NCBI GenBank assembly: GCA_012513605.1
Contig: JAAZBV010000115.1
Location: 15,227 to 79,226, forward strand
DNA length: 64,000 bases
Direction: 5' to 3'
Origin: Desulfatiglans sp.
GTDB lineage: Bacteria > Desulfobacterota > DSM-4660 > Desulfatiglandales > HGW-15
Shown here: positions 25,899-35,097 of the stretch, piece by piece
Position numbering within the stretch: the first letter of the stretch is position 1
How the letters are laid out: each line of letters starts with the position of its first letter
Program-made: the position numbers and the translations under genes
The notes under the pieces: generated by a model
The model's database searches: none
Seen by the model: only the letters and a program-made list of their open reading frames with translations
Told to the model about the DNA's origin: nothing

Positions 25899-27746
25899 AT
25901 GACTAAAAAAGAACAGAACAAAGATATACGCAACATAGCAATAATCGCCCATGTTGACCATGGTAAAACCACCCTTGTGGATGCCATGTTCAGGCAGAGC
26001 GGCCTTTTCAGGGAGGGTCAGGAGGTGGAAACACGCCTCATGGACAATATGGAGCTTGAAAAGGAGCGAGGCATTACAATAGCTGCAAAGAACTGCTCTG
26101 TAGTTTGGAAGGGTACAAAGATAAACATAATAGACACACCCGGCCATGCCGATTTTGGGGGCGAGGTTGAGAGGGCGCTTGCAATGGCTGATGGTGCCCT
26201 GCTCCTGGTTGATTCATCTGAAGGCCCACTTCCCCAGACCAGGTTTGTCTTGAAAAAAACCTTTGAGGCAGGGCTAAAGGTTATTGTTGTTATAAACAAG
26301 ATAGACAGGCAGGATACCAGGCCCCAGGAGGTGCTTAATGAGATATATGATCTATTTATTGAGCTTGGCGCCAATGATGAGCAGATAGAGTTTCCCCTGC
26401 TTTATGCAATAGGCAGAGATGGTATGGCAAAGAAAAAACTCACTGACAGGTCAAACAACCTTGAGGTACTCTTTGAGACGATTATAAAACACACCCCGCC
26501 TCCATCATATGACCCTAAAGAGCCTTTCCAGATGCTGGTTGCTGACCTTGGCTATTCAGCCTATATGGGAAGGCTTGCCATAGGCAGGGTGATAAACGGC
26601 AATGTTAATTTCAATGACAGCCTTGTGTGCTTGGGAGAGGATGATGCTGAGACACCTCTCAAGGTGACCAAGATCCAGGTGTATGAAGGTGTAACACTCA
26701 AAGAGGTAAAGCAGGCAGGCCCAGGCGATATTGTAGTGCTCTCCGGTATAGAGGATGTCAAGATCGGTGATACCATATGCAACAAAGAGTTCCCAAAGGC
26801 ATTAAAAAGGATAACCATAGAGGAGCCTACTGTATCCATGCGCTTTACCATTAACACCTCCCCCCTTGCAGGAAAGGAGGGTAAATATGTGCAGTCAAGC
26901 AAGATCAAGGAGAGGCTTTTTAAAGAGACCCTGAGGAACGTTGCTATTAAGGTGGATGAATCCGAAGAGAGAGACAGTTTTAATGTAAAGGGGCGTGGTG
27001 AATTCCAGCTTGCTATACTGATCGAAACCATGCGCAGAGAGGGATACGAATTCTGCGTGGGTAGACCAGAGGTCATCCTTAAGGAAAAGGATGGCAGAAA
27101 ACAGGAGCCGATTGAACATCTCTACATTGATGCTGATGAGGCCTTCATGGGAATCATTACAGAAAAACTCTCCCAGAGAAAAGCCAAGATGTTAAACCTG
27201 ACAAACAGTGGCACAGGCAGGGTAAGAATGGAATTTACAGTACCGTCGCGCGGGCTTATAGGGTTCAGGGATGAATTTCTTACTGCCACCAGGGGAACGG
27301 GTATTATGAATTCATACCTTGAAGGGTTTGATGACTACAGGGGAGACTTCCCATCAAGGTTCAGCGGCTCAATAATTTCCGACCGTCAGGGTGAGTCGGT
27401 TGCTTATGCACTCTTTAACCTGGAGCCAAGAGGGAGGCTCTTTATTGTACCAGGTGAACAGGTGTATGAGGGCATGGTAATAGGTGAGCACAACAGGGAT
27501 AATGATATAAATGTTAACCCCTGCAAGGAAAAAAAGCTCTCCAACATGCGCGCCGCAGGAAAGGATGACAATATACTCCTTTCACCCGCTAGGCCACTTA
27601 CCCTTGAAAGCGCTATTGTATTTATCAGGGATGATGAGATGGTGGAGATTACCCCAAAATCAATTCGCTTAAGGAAAGAAGAACTCTCATCCCAGAAACG
27701 GCACATGGCCCAGTCAAAGAAGTTCAAGGAAAGAGAGGGACTTTAA
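25899..27746 (+). CDS. typA: Translational GTPase TypA/BipA
   Basis: IRNIAIIAHVDHGKTTLVD, DTPGHADFGGEVER, NKIDR; 615 aa with full-length family pattern. Confidence 0.95.
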   Translation: MTKKEQNKDIRNIAIIAHVDHGKTTLVDAMFRQSGLFREGQEVETRLMDNMELEKERGITIAAKNCSVVWKGTKINIIDTPGHADFGGEVERALAMADGALLLVDSSEGPLPQTRFVLKKTFEAGLKVIVVINKIDRQDTRPQEVLNEIYDLFIELGANDEQIEFPLLYAIGRDGMAKKKLTDRSNNLEVLFETIIKHTPPPSYDPKEPFQMLVADLGYSAYMGRLAIGRVINGNVNFNDSLVCLGEDDAETPLKVTKIQVYEGVTLKEVKQAGPGDIVVLSGIEDVKIGDTICNKEFPKALKRITIEEPTVSMRFTINTSPLAGKEGKYVQSSKIKERLFKETLRNVAIKVDESEERDSFNVKGRGEFQLAILIETMRREGYEFCVGRPEVILKEKDGRKQEPIEHLYIDADEAFMGIITEKLSQRKAKMLNLTNSGTGRVRMEFTVPSRGLIGFRDEFLTATRGTGIMNSYLEGFDDYRGDFPSRFSGSIISDRQGESVAYALFNLEPRGRLFIVPGEQVYEGMVIGEHNRDNDINVNPCKEKKLSNMRAAGKDDNILLSPARPLTLESAIVFIRDDEMVEITPKSIRLRKEELSSQKRHMAQSKKFKEREGL

Positions 27747-27790
27747 CGCATAGAGCAAAGCGAAAAATATTACCGGCTCGTTTTTTTACG

Positions 27791-27818
27791 CTATGCGCCA
27801 TGCTCCATGCGCTATGCG
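27791..27818. repeat. 4 x heptamer tandem repeat between convergent typA and nrdG
   Basis: CTATGCG CCATGCT CCATGCG CTATGCG. Confidence 0.65.
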
Positions 27819-27823
27819 TCTTT

Positions 27824-28522
27824 TTAGCGCACAACGCACTCTTTAACCCACGGTGCTGCTATAGATTTAAACTCTGTCAGTTCGGAATCTGAAAATTCTG
27901 GTGATATATCCTTGAAATACTCCGGGTGCAGTATCTCTGCCCTGTGGAAATTCTGCAGGGCATAGAGTTTTGCATCTTTAATTACCTTGACTATATTACT
28001 GATAACACCCTTATCCACAATGCCCCTCACGCAGGTGGTGCGGAACTCATAGTCAGGGGCTTTCTCCATTATGGTCTCTATGCTGGTAAGTATATCTTCA
28101 GGGTTACATCCCTTTGCAATAAGCGGATTATATCTTGTGGGGTCAGTCTTGATATCCATTGCAATGTAATCCACAAGCCCTCGCTCAATCAGAACATCAA
28201 TATCTTTTGGCCTGCTCCCGTTTGTATCTAGCTTTATGGAGTAACCCAACCCTTTTACTGCCTCGCAGAGCTTGACAAGTTTTTTGGACAGCGTCGGTTC
28301 ACCTCCGGAAATTACAACTCCATCGAGAAATCCTCTTCTGCTTTTAAGAAATTCATAAAGGCCATCACCCTTAAAAGAGGCGGGACATTCCTCACTACAC
28401 CTTACAAGGGATGGATTATGGCAGTATGGGCAGTCAAAATTACACCCTGACATAAATATTACACAGCTCAACTTGCCAGGGTAATCTATTAAAGAATTTT
28501 TCTGTATGCCCCCTATATTCAT
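27824..28522 (-). CDS. nrdG: Anaerobic ribonucleotide reductase activating protein (radical SAM)
   Basis: MNIGGIQKNSLIDYPGK...GCNFDCPYCHNP...ISGGEPT. I prefer ATG 28522 (10 nt after the nrdD stop) over the longer overlapping ORF that starts at 28585. Confidence 0.9.
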   Translation of the reverse strand: MNIGGIQKNSLIDYPGKLSCVIFMSGCNFDCPYCHNPSLVRCSEECPASFKGDGLYEFLKSRRGFLDGVVISGGEPTLSKKLVKLCEAVKGLGYSIKLDTNGSRPKDIDVLIERGLVDYIAMDIKTDPTRYNPLIAKGCNPEDILTSIETIMEKAPDYEFRTTCVRGIVDKGVISNIVKVIKDAKLYALQNFHRAEILHPEYFKDISPEFSDSELTEFKSIAAPWVKECVVR

Positions 28523-28532
28523 CCTGCCATTC

Positions 28533-30623
28533 CTATGCTGCCTTAAACATCTTTCGCATGCTGAACTCCTGCTGCTTGCCATCATTCCATTGTTTCACAG
28601 GCCTTAAGTAGCCTACAACCCTTGAATAGACCTCAGTCTCACAACCGCACACACTGCATTTTTCCTGGTTCCCTGCAAGGTAGCCGTGAGACGGGCATAT
28701 ACTGAATGTGGGTGAAAGGGTGAGGTAGGGGAGTCTGAAACCCGTAACCACCTTTTTAACAAGACTCTTAACAGACTCAATCTCACTTATGTTTTCGCCA
28801 AGAAATATATGCATGACCGTTCCGCCGGTATATTTGGTCTGAAGCTCATCCTGAAGCGTGAGCGTTTCATATATGTCATCAGAATAGTTTACAGGGAGCT
28901 GTGTAGAGTTAGTATAGAAGGGCTCGCCCCCATGTTTGAATGAATCCTCGTTGGCGCAAATAATCTCGGGATATTTTGCCTTGTCCTTTTTTGCAAGCCT
29001 GTATGTGGTACCCTCGGCTGGTGTCGCCTCAAGGTTGTATATGTCACCGGTCTTCTCCTGAATGGCAGCAAGGGTGTGGCGCAAAAAATCCATTACCTTA
29101 AGCGAAAATCTCCTGCCCTCTTCACTTGCTATGTCATGGCCCATAAAGTTGAGGCATGCCTCATTCATGCCTATAATACCAATGGTGGAAAAGTGATTTT
29201 TCCAGTATCTGCCTGAGCCTTCCTTTATTTCACGCAAATAGAAGCGGGAGTAAGGGTAAAGGTTGTTCTCTGTAAACCTCTCAAGGATTTTTCTCTTTAT
29301 ATCGAGGCTTTTTGAGGCAAGACTTACCAGTTTCTCAAGCCTTTCAAAAAAGTCTGCCTCATCCTTTGCCAGATAGCCTATTCGCGGCAGGTTAATAGTT
29401 ACAACACCAATGGAGCCTGTTAAAGGGTTTGCCCCGAACAGCCCTCCACCCCTTTTCATAAGCTCACGGTTATCAAGCCTGAGCCGACAGCACATGGACC
29501 TAGCATCCTCCGGGGACATGTCGGAGTTTACGAAATTTGAAAAATAGGGAATGCCGTATTTCCCTGTCATCTGCCATATGCTTGTAATGTTGGGGTTATC
29601 CCAGTCAAAGTCAGCCGTTATATTATAGGTGGGGATAGGAAACGTAAATACCCTACCCTTTGCATCCCCGGCCATCATCACCTCTGCAAAGGCCCTGTTA
29701 AGCATATCCATTTCAGCCTGAAACTCAGAATATTTCTGTTCGCATTCTACACCACCGACAATAACGTAGTTCTCCTTAAGCATGGATGGAACAGAGAGAT
29801 CCATTGTAATGTTGGTAAATGGGGTCTGGAAACCTACACGTGTTGGGATATTTATGTTAAAAACAAACTCCTGGATGGCCTGTTTTACCTCTTTGTAGCC
29901 AAGGTTGTCATACCTTATAAAGGGTGCAAGCAGGGTATCAAAATTGGACAGGGCCTGCGCGCCAGCTGCCTCACCCTGAAGCGTATAGAAAAAGTTCACA
30001 ATCTGACCAAGGGCCGATCTCAAATGTTTGGGCGGACCGCTCTCTACCTTTCCCTCTACACCCTTAAAGCCGTTAACAAGAAGGTCTTTAAGATCCCACC
30101 CCACACAGTATACTGAAAGCAGGCTCAGGTCATGTATATGCATATCACCATCCTTGTGTGCATCCCTGATCTCACGGGGGTATATGCTGTTGAGCCAGTA
30201 TTCAGATGTTACATCTGATGATATATAGTTGTTAAGCCCCTGAAGAGAGAATGACATGTTGCTGTTCTCTTTTATCTTCCAGTCCAGCTTCTGGATGTAA
30301 TGATCAACCAGGTCAATGTTACTCTTGGTGGTGATAGCCCTTATCTGGGCATGCTGCTCCCTGTAGAGTATGTATGCCTTTGCGCTTTTATAAAAGGGGG
30401 TGTCAAGGAGCACCCTTTCAACTATATCCTGCACCTCCTCAACATCAACTTCTTCACCCAGCCTCATCTGATGTGCAAGGGTCAGCACATGGAGAGTGAG
30501 TTTTTTTGCCTCTTTATCGCCAAATTCACTCGTTGCCTTTCCTGCCTTGGCAATTGCTGATGTAATCTTTGATGAGTCAAATTCTACAACCCTTCCATCC
30601 CTTTTTTTAATCTTTTCAAGCAT
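28533..30623 (-). CDS. nrdD: Class III anaerobic ribonucleoside-triphosphate reductase
   Basis: N-terminal ATP-cone (KRDGRVVEFDSSKITSAI), C-terminal Zn site CPSHG...CSVCGC and glycyl-radical motif SRVVGYLRP. Confidence 0.95.
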   Translation of the reverse strand: MLEKIKKRDGRVVEFDSSKITSAIAKAGKATSEFGDKEAKKLTLHVLTLAHQMRLGEEVDVEEVQDIVERVLLDTPFYKSAKAYILYREQHAQIRAITTKSNIDLVDHYIQKLDWKIKENSNMSFSLQGLNNYISSDVTSEYWLNSIYPREIRDAHKDGDMHIHDLSLLSVYCVGWDLKDLLVNGFKGVEGKVESGPPKHLRSALGQIVNFFYTLQGEAAGAQALSNFDTLLAPFIRYDNLGYKEVKQAIQEFVFNINIPTRVGFQTPFTNITMDLSVPSMLKENYVIVGGVECEQKYSEFQAEMDMLNRAFAEVMMAGDAKGRVFTFPIPTYNITADFDWDNPNITSIWQMTGKYGIPYFSNFVNSDMSPEDARSMCCRLRLDNRELMKRGGGLFGANPLTGSIGVVTINLPRIGYLAKDEADFFERLEKLVSLASKSLDIKRKILERFTENNLYPYSRFYLREIKEGSGRYWKNHFSTIGIIGMNEACLNFMGHDIASEEGRRFSLKVMDFLRHTLAAIQEKTGDIYNLEATPAEGTTYRLAKKDKAKYPEIICANEDSFKHGGEPFYTNSTQLPVNYSDDIYETLTLQDELQTKYTGGTVMHIFLGENISEIESVKSLVKKVVTGFRLPYLTLSPTFSICPSHGYLAGNQEKCSVCGCETEVYSRVVGYLRPVKQWNDGKQQEFSMRKMFKAA

Positions 30624-30808
30624 GAAAAATACCCCCAGAAAACAAAATACCTCTACAGAGTCCTAATAATTTTCAAATAAATATTCCGGAAAACCGGGTT
30701 TGTGCAACTTCATCTGGCCCTCCCCAATAAAAAAAAATACAACCAGAAAAATTTATAAATTCCGTAGAAAGATTGATCATTACTATTTGTGAGTACCTAG
30801 GAAAATAA

Positions 30809-30851
30809 ACAATATATTGTGGCATGTCAAGCAGAAAAACCAATATATTGT
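30809..30851. promoter_or_regulatory. Two NrdR boxes 31 bp apart upstream of nrdDG
   Basis: ACAATATATTGT (30809-30820, a perfect palindrome) and CCAATATATTGT (30840-30851). They match the NrdR-box consensus acaCwAtATaTwGtgt and its usual tandem spacing. Confidence 0.7.
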
Positions 30852-31185
30852 TATTTACCGGTTTAATGCAGGTATTATTTACCTTTTTATCCGCATAGTC
30901 AATAAGATTGAAATGAGAGGCTGCATCTCTTTATTTTTTTGGTGGGTCATGGACCATGTGGTACTAGAAGTCCTATTCTCCCAGTGAAGAGACAGGTTTG
31001 AAACCTGTCTCTACTGTGGATGGCGAACCTAACCAAGCGTCATTACCCCGCTCCGATCGGGAACCCAGATTTTAAATTTCCTTAGAACGCTTGCCAATCC
31101 AAAAACCTTATGGTATTGATTACAAAACCTTGTCTCACAGAGTATTTTCAGCTTTCTGCTTGAAACGCTGAAAGCCTTAATTCAC

Positions 31186-31283
31186 GGAAGTGGAAAGCTC
31201 ACTGGTGGGGCTCCCGGACTTCAAATCCGGTGTACCGGGCTAAAACCTCGGTAGGTGGGTTCGATTCCCATGCACTTCCGCCA
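31186..31283 (+). tRNA. selC: tRNA-Sec (anticodon UCA)
   Basis: GGAAGTGG...CCCGGACTTCAAATCCGG...long variable arm GTACCGGGctaaaaCCTCGGTA...GGTTCGATTCCC...CACTTCCGCCA. The anticodon TCA is at 31221-31223. It closely parallels E. coli selC (GGAAGATC..GGACTTCAAATCC..GGTTCGACTCC..ATCTTCCGCCA). CCA is encoded. Confidence 0.9.
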
Positions 31284-31297
31284 CTGATAATTACCGC

Positions 31298-31789
31298 TTA
31301 TTCAATAGGGATACGAAGGACCTGACCAGGATAGATCAGGTCAGGATTCGTCAGCATTGGTTTATTAGCCTCAAAAATCACTGTATATTTCATCGGATTT
31401 CCATAAAATTCCTTTGCAATTTTTGACAGAGTATCACCCTTGGCAACTGTGTAGTATTTGGTTTCAGGCTCTGGCTTTTGTTCAGGTGCTGCTTTGCTTG
31501 TATCAACCTGAATTCGATCATCCACCTTTGAAACCCCGTTTACATTGCCGACAGCAAGTGCAATCTTCTCCCTGTCCGGCTGGCTTTTTGTTGTCCCGTA
31601 GACAGTAGCGACCTCATCATCAAATTCAATTTTGAGATTTTCAATAGCTACTCCGGTCTTTTGAACATGCCTTTCCAGTGCCTTTGCCAGAGCATTTTCT
31701 GCAATTTTTTCCCGCTCCTGTAATACTGCTTTGGTTTCAACACCCATAACCTTGGCACCCGCGTTTTTTACAAAATCAATTAATCCCAT
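31298..31789 (-). CDS. kbp: BON + LysM protein, Kbp/YgaU-like potassium-binding protein
   Basis: MGLIDFVKNAGAKV...VGNVNGVSKVDDRI...YYTVAKGDTLSKIAKEFYGNPMKYTVIFEANKPMLTNPDLIYPGQVLRIP parallels E. coli YgaU. Confidence 0.85.
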   Translation of the reverse strand: MGLIDFVKNAGAKVMGVETKAVLQEREKIAENALAKALERHVQKTGVAIENLKIEFDDEVATVYGTTKSQPDREKIALAVGNVNGVSKVDDRIQVDTSKAAPEQKPEPETKYYTVAKGDTLSKIAKEFYGNPMKYTVIFEANKPMLTNPDLIYPGQVLRIPIE

Positions 31790-31866
31790 AGCTAATCTCC
31801 TTTTAAAATTTTTTTTGCGTAATCCGGCATTTCACAGCCGTTTATCAGATCGTATGACACCCACTG

Positions 31867-32424
31867 TTATTTTTTAAACAGTTTTGATGCCATGCCCAGG
31901 ACATCATCAAGCATTGAACCGTCATTATCTCTGTCAAGAAACTCCCCCAGCATGCCCATCAATCCGCCCTGTGATTGACCGTCTGAACCGAGTGAATTTA
32001 TGGCAGAACCGGAACTCTGTTTACCCAATGCCCCCATTGCCATAGCCGCAACGACCGGCAACATTTTTTTCAGGACATCCTGTCCTATCCCTGTTTTAGC
32101 CGAAGCTGCCCCAGCAACCTGCCTGCTGACATCCTTGCTGCCCAGAATATGGCCCAGGATACCGTTACCATCTGTTACTGTGTTCTCGTCACTCAGGGTA
32201 TCAAGATTATCTATATACTGAGTGTGTTTACCTGATGAGAGGGCCTTCATAATACTGTCAATACCGTTTGGTTTTGAGGCATTATGCGCCAGTCCCTGAC
32301 CAATCGCTGGCAGAAGATTGGATATAGCTGATGCAGCCTGATTCTCATCCAGCCCAAAATTCCTGGCCATTTGTTTTACAGCCCCTCCATTACCTGCATT
32401 TAAAAGCATGTTTAATAGATCCAT
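31867..32424 (-). CDS. DUF937 family protein
   Basis: MDLLNMLLNAGNGG...GNGILGHILGSKD...LKKMLPVVAAMAMGALGKQ. AAGGAGG RBS. Confidence 0.7.
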   Translation of the reverse strand: MDLLNMLLNAGNGGAVKQMARNFGLDENQAASAISNLLPAIGQGLAHNASKPNGIDSIMKALSSGKHTQYIDNLDTLSDENTVTDGNGILGHILGSKDVSRQVAGAASAKTGIGQDVLKKMLPVVAAMAMGALGKQSSGSAINSLGSDGQSQGGLMGMLGEFLDRDNDGSMLDDVLGMASKLFKK

Positions 32425-32732
32425 AGCCCCTCCTTGTTAAGATGTTTTGGATTAGGAAGCATGAGATGTTAACTTTACTTGTTGAAAGGATATCTTATCG
32501 TAATATAAAGTGTCAATGAACAATATCAACAGGGTAGAATAGGGTAGGATATGGTATACCTTCAAGTGTATGAAGATATCCACAATTCACACCTTTAATC
32601 TTTATGCATCCCACCGGTTTATTCACACCAGCATTGTGGCATGTGATTTGCATTTATATATGCAGTTTTAACAGCTTAAAAGTCAAAACAGATAGAGGCA
32701 TAATAAATTTCAATACCCAACAGGAGAAAATT

Positions 32733-33800
32733 GTGGACAAATTAACCCAATTTTTAAAGGAACTTCAAACAGATACTAAATATAAAGACTTAGAGGAAGC
32801 ATCTATTAAACAGGCAATAATTTTAAAAACCCTGTTACTTCTGGGATGGGACCCTTTTGACGTAAATGAAATCCAGCCAGAACACATAACAAAAATGCAA
32901 AAAATTGACTATGCAATCAAACAAAATGATTCAGTCAAAGCATTTCTAATTGTCAGAAAGGGTCTTGAGAATCTTAAGGCCGATATTGAATTATTACTGG
33001 AGTCCGCTGAAAAGTCTGATGTAAAAATTGCAATATTCACAAATGGTTTTTCATGGTGGTTCTTTCTGCCCACAATCGAAGGGAATATTGATGATAAAAG
33101 GTTCTGGTCTATTGATACAGGAAATGAAAAACCGGATCTGGTTGCCGGGAAATTTTTTGATTTTCTTTCAAAGGAGAGTTTTATCAAAGACAATGCAGTA
33201 AAACTTGCTGAAGAGATCTGCAATAAAAGAAAAGAAGCAGTACTGATTAATACATATCTTCCAAAGGCATGGGAAAAGGTCATTTCTGAACCGGAAAAAT
33301 ATCTGGTTGATATCATATCAGAGGTGACAATGGAACTTTGCGGATATAAACCCAAACGGGAAAAGATTGTAGAGTTTGTAAGGGCCGAAGGTAAAACCAG
33401 ATATAAAAAATCCGAGCATTATGAACTAACTGACCTCACAAAAATCGCAGGTGAAAAATCTGATAAATCAAAAGCAGGGTATAAGGGTAAGGCCATTAAA
33501 TCATTCAATTTTGAAACTATTGAATATAATGTCAAGTCATGGCAGGAATTACCTTGGGAACTGTGCAATTCCATCGTAAAAAAACACAGGGAATCTTTTG
33601 AAAATGTATTATATATAAGTATAAAAGGAAGAGACTATTTTTCAAACAACCCCTATCAGTTTATTATGAATAAAGAAATAGACGGCACTGGTATATACAT
33701 CAATACCGATTTATCGGAGGCTATTTCTATAACCCTGTGTAATGAGATCCTTAAACTATTTGGTTATAAGGAGAGTGATCTTACAATTGATACCAAGTAG
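32733..33800 (+). CDS. AT-rich orphan protein with an N-terminal region resembling the HsdR-N / PD-(D/E)xK restriction-endonuclease-like fold
   Basis: I prefer GTG 32733 with an AGGAG RBS over the ORF-track start at 32604. EEASIKQAIILKTLLLLGWDPF...IQPEH...KIDYAI...KAFLIVRK resembles the type I R-subunit N-terminal domain. The remainder is unrecognised. Confidence 0.45.
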   Translation: MDKLTQFLKELQTDTKYKDLEEASIKQAIILKTLLLLGWDPFDVNEIQPEHITKMQKIDYAIKQNDSVKAFLIVRKGLENLKADIELLLESAEKSDVKIAIFTNGFSWWFFLPTIEGNIDDKRFWSIDTGNEKPDLVAGKFFDFLSKESFIKDNAVKLAEEICNKRKEAVLINTYLPKAWEKVISEPEKYLVDIISEVTMELCGYKPKREKIVEFVRAEGKTRYKKSEHYELTDLTKIAGEKSDKSKAGYKGKAIKSFNFETIEYNVKSWQELPWELCNSIVKKHRESFENVLYISIKGRDYFSNNPYQFIMNKEIDGTGIYINTDLSEAISITLCNEILKLFGYKESDLTIDTK

Positions 33801-33843
33801 CCTCTTAAGGCAACCCACTCTTGGCACCATCTATTGAACCCCC

Positions 33844-33869
33844 GGATAACGGCAAACATGCCGTTATCC
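33844..33869. terminator. 10-bp GC-containing hairpin between convergent genes (no clear U-tract)
   Basis: GGATAACGGC-aaacat-GCCGTTATCC. Confidence 0.35.
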
Positions 33870-33932
33870 ATACAACCTGTCAAATACCCGCCTATCTGTA
33901 TATAACATTATTTCTTCATGTTGAAATTATGT

Positions 33933-34697
33933 TCATCTCTTTGTGTATACTCTCGGCACCTTCATCTTAATGTAAAAGTTTTTACTCTGAAGAATATTAA
34001 CGAACTTCCTTCGTTTTTCGACCGCTCTTTTAAGTATGGATTTGAGCCCGGATATAGCATAAATATTACGCTCACTGGATTTTTCATAAAACACTTTCCT
34101 GATCGGCTCCCCAACCTTCAGACCTGCTTCCTCTGCGAAAGAGCCCGGTGTAACCTCTGATACAACAACCCTGCTGTACTCCTGTTTTACCTTAAAACCA
34201 TACATCACAAAAACATCGATCTCCGGCTCTTTTGGTTCCTCCACCTCTTCTTCATCGTAATAATCATCATCTTTCTTCTCAACAGACTGCTCAGCTACCT
34301 TTTCTGTAATGCTTTTAGCAACATTTGCCTCACTATTCCCAGTTACCTTTTCTTCAAATCTTTTTTCGCTCTTTGTAGTGTCTGATGCTAATCTACCTTT
34401 AAAACCTTTCTGAAGATGAATCGCCTCTACTATAGTACTGTCACTTAATACCTCCAGGGAAAGCCCGATGTTGTCATAAGACATGATTACCGTACCAATA
34501 TCACTGATCTTTACCTTTTCGGGAGGACCCAGCAGTTCGATAGCATCTTTCAAGGCCATACCGGGCTTAAGATTTTCATCTATTGTTATCCCGCTTCCTG
34601 CCTGTGCGAAGGCGATTCCTGTTAAATAGTAAAATGATATCAGAAGAACAGCTGCAACCACCATAAAATACGTTGTTTTTTTTCTAATGACTGTCAT
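33933..34697 (-). CDS. Hypothetical membrane-anchored/secreted protein with an acidic linker and a PDZ-like C-terminal segment
   Basis: MTVIRKKTTYFMVVAAVLLISFYYLTGIAFAQA signal/anchor; DDDYYDEEEVEEPKEPE; VSEVTPGSFAEEAGLKVGEPI. I prefer ATG 34697 over 34742. Confidence 0.45.
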   Translation of the reverse strand: MTVIRKKTTYFMVVAAVLLISFYYLTGIAFAQAGSGITIDENLKPGMALKDAIELLGPPEKVKISDIGTVIMSYDNIGLSLEVLSDSTIVEAIHLQKGFKGRLASDTTKSEKRFEEKVTGNSEANVAKSITEKVAEQSVEKKDDDYYDEEEVEEPKEPEIDVFVMYGFKVKQEYSRVVVSEVTPGSFAEEAGLKVGEPIRKVFYEKSSERNIYAISGLKSILKRAVEKRRKFVNILQSKNFYIKMKVPRVYTKR

Positions 34698-35017
34698 AAT
34701 TATCCCTTTTATTAGAACCCTATTAATAAGAGCCAATTCCATACGGATATTTTAAAACCGTATGGATATAAATAAAAAACTGTAAATTTCATACCCTGAA
34801 TTGCAGAGACAACATATACTTTTCCAGATTAAAAAACAACTTACCTGTGTAAAAAAACCTCTTATATCACTTGATTTTTATATAATTTAAAGCACGAATT
34901 ATATTTATGAATACCTCTTACATTTTTCGCTTTTTATGTTCATTATTTCCATTTAAAAGCTTAAATAGTTCGTTATTTTCATTAATCAGCGTTTTATGGT
35001 CTCCATTAAGATTGATT

Positions 35018-35091
35018 TTACAATTTTTTTACATTTTTTTTACATTTTTTCACCAAAGAGCAGTTGACACAATCAGACTTCTTGTTTAAAT
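35018..35091 (+). promoter_or_regulatory. Phased T-tract (TTACA every 11 bp) UP-like region plus TTGACA-N16-TTAAAT promoter, copy 1
   Basis: TTACA at 35018, 35029 and 35040; TTGACA 35064-35069; TTAAAT 35086-35091. Colinear with 51704-51777. Confidence 0.5.
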
Positions 35092-35097
35092 TTGTGA

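Noticed and set aside
9714-27818. Heptamer/octamer arrays considered as CRISPR or mobile-element termini
   Set aside because: The units are 7-8 nt with no spacers. Arrays are only 21-28 nt long, and there are no cas or transposase genes. They are not CRISPR or IS ends.
34907-35089. 60-aa ORF (MNTSYIFRFLCSLFPF...)
   Set aside because: It is a product of translating phased T-tracts in an AT-rich promoter region. It is Phe/Leu-rich, has no RBS and overlaps the conserved promoter element.
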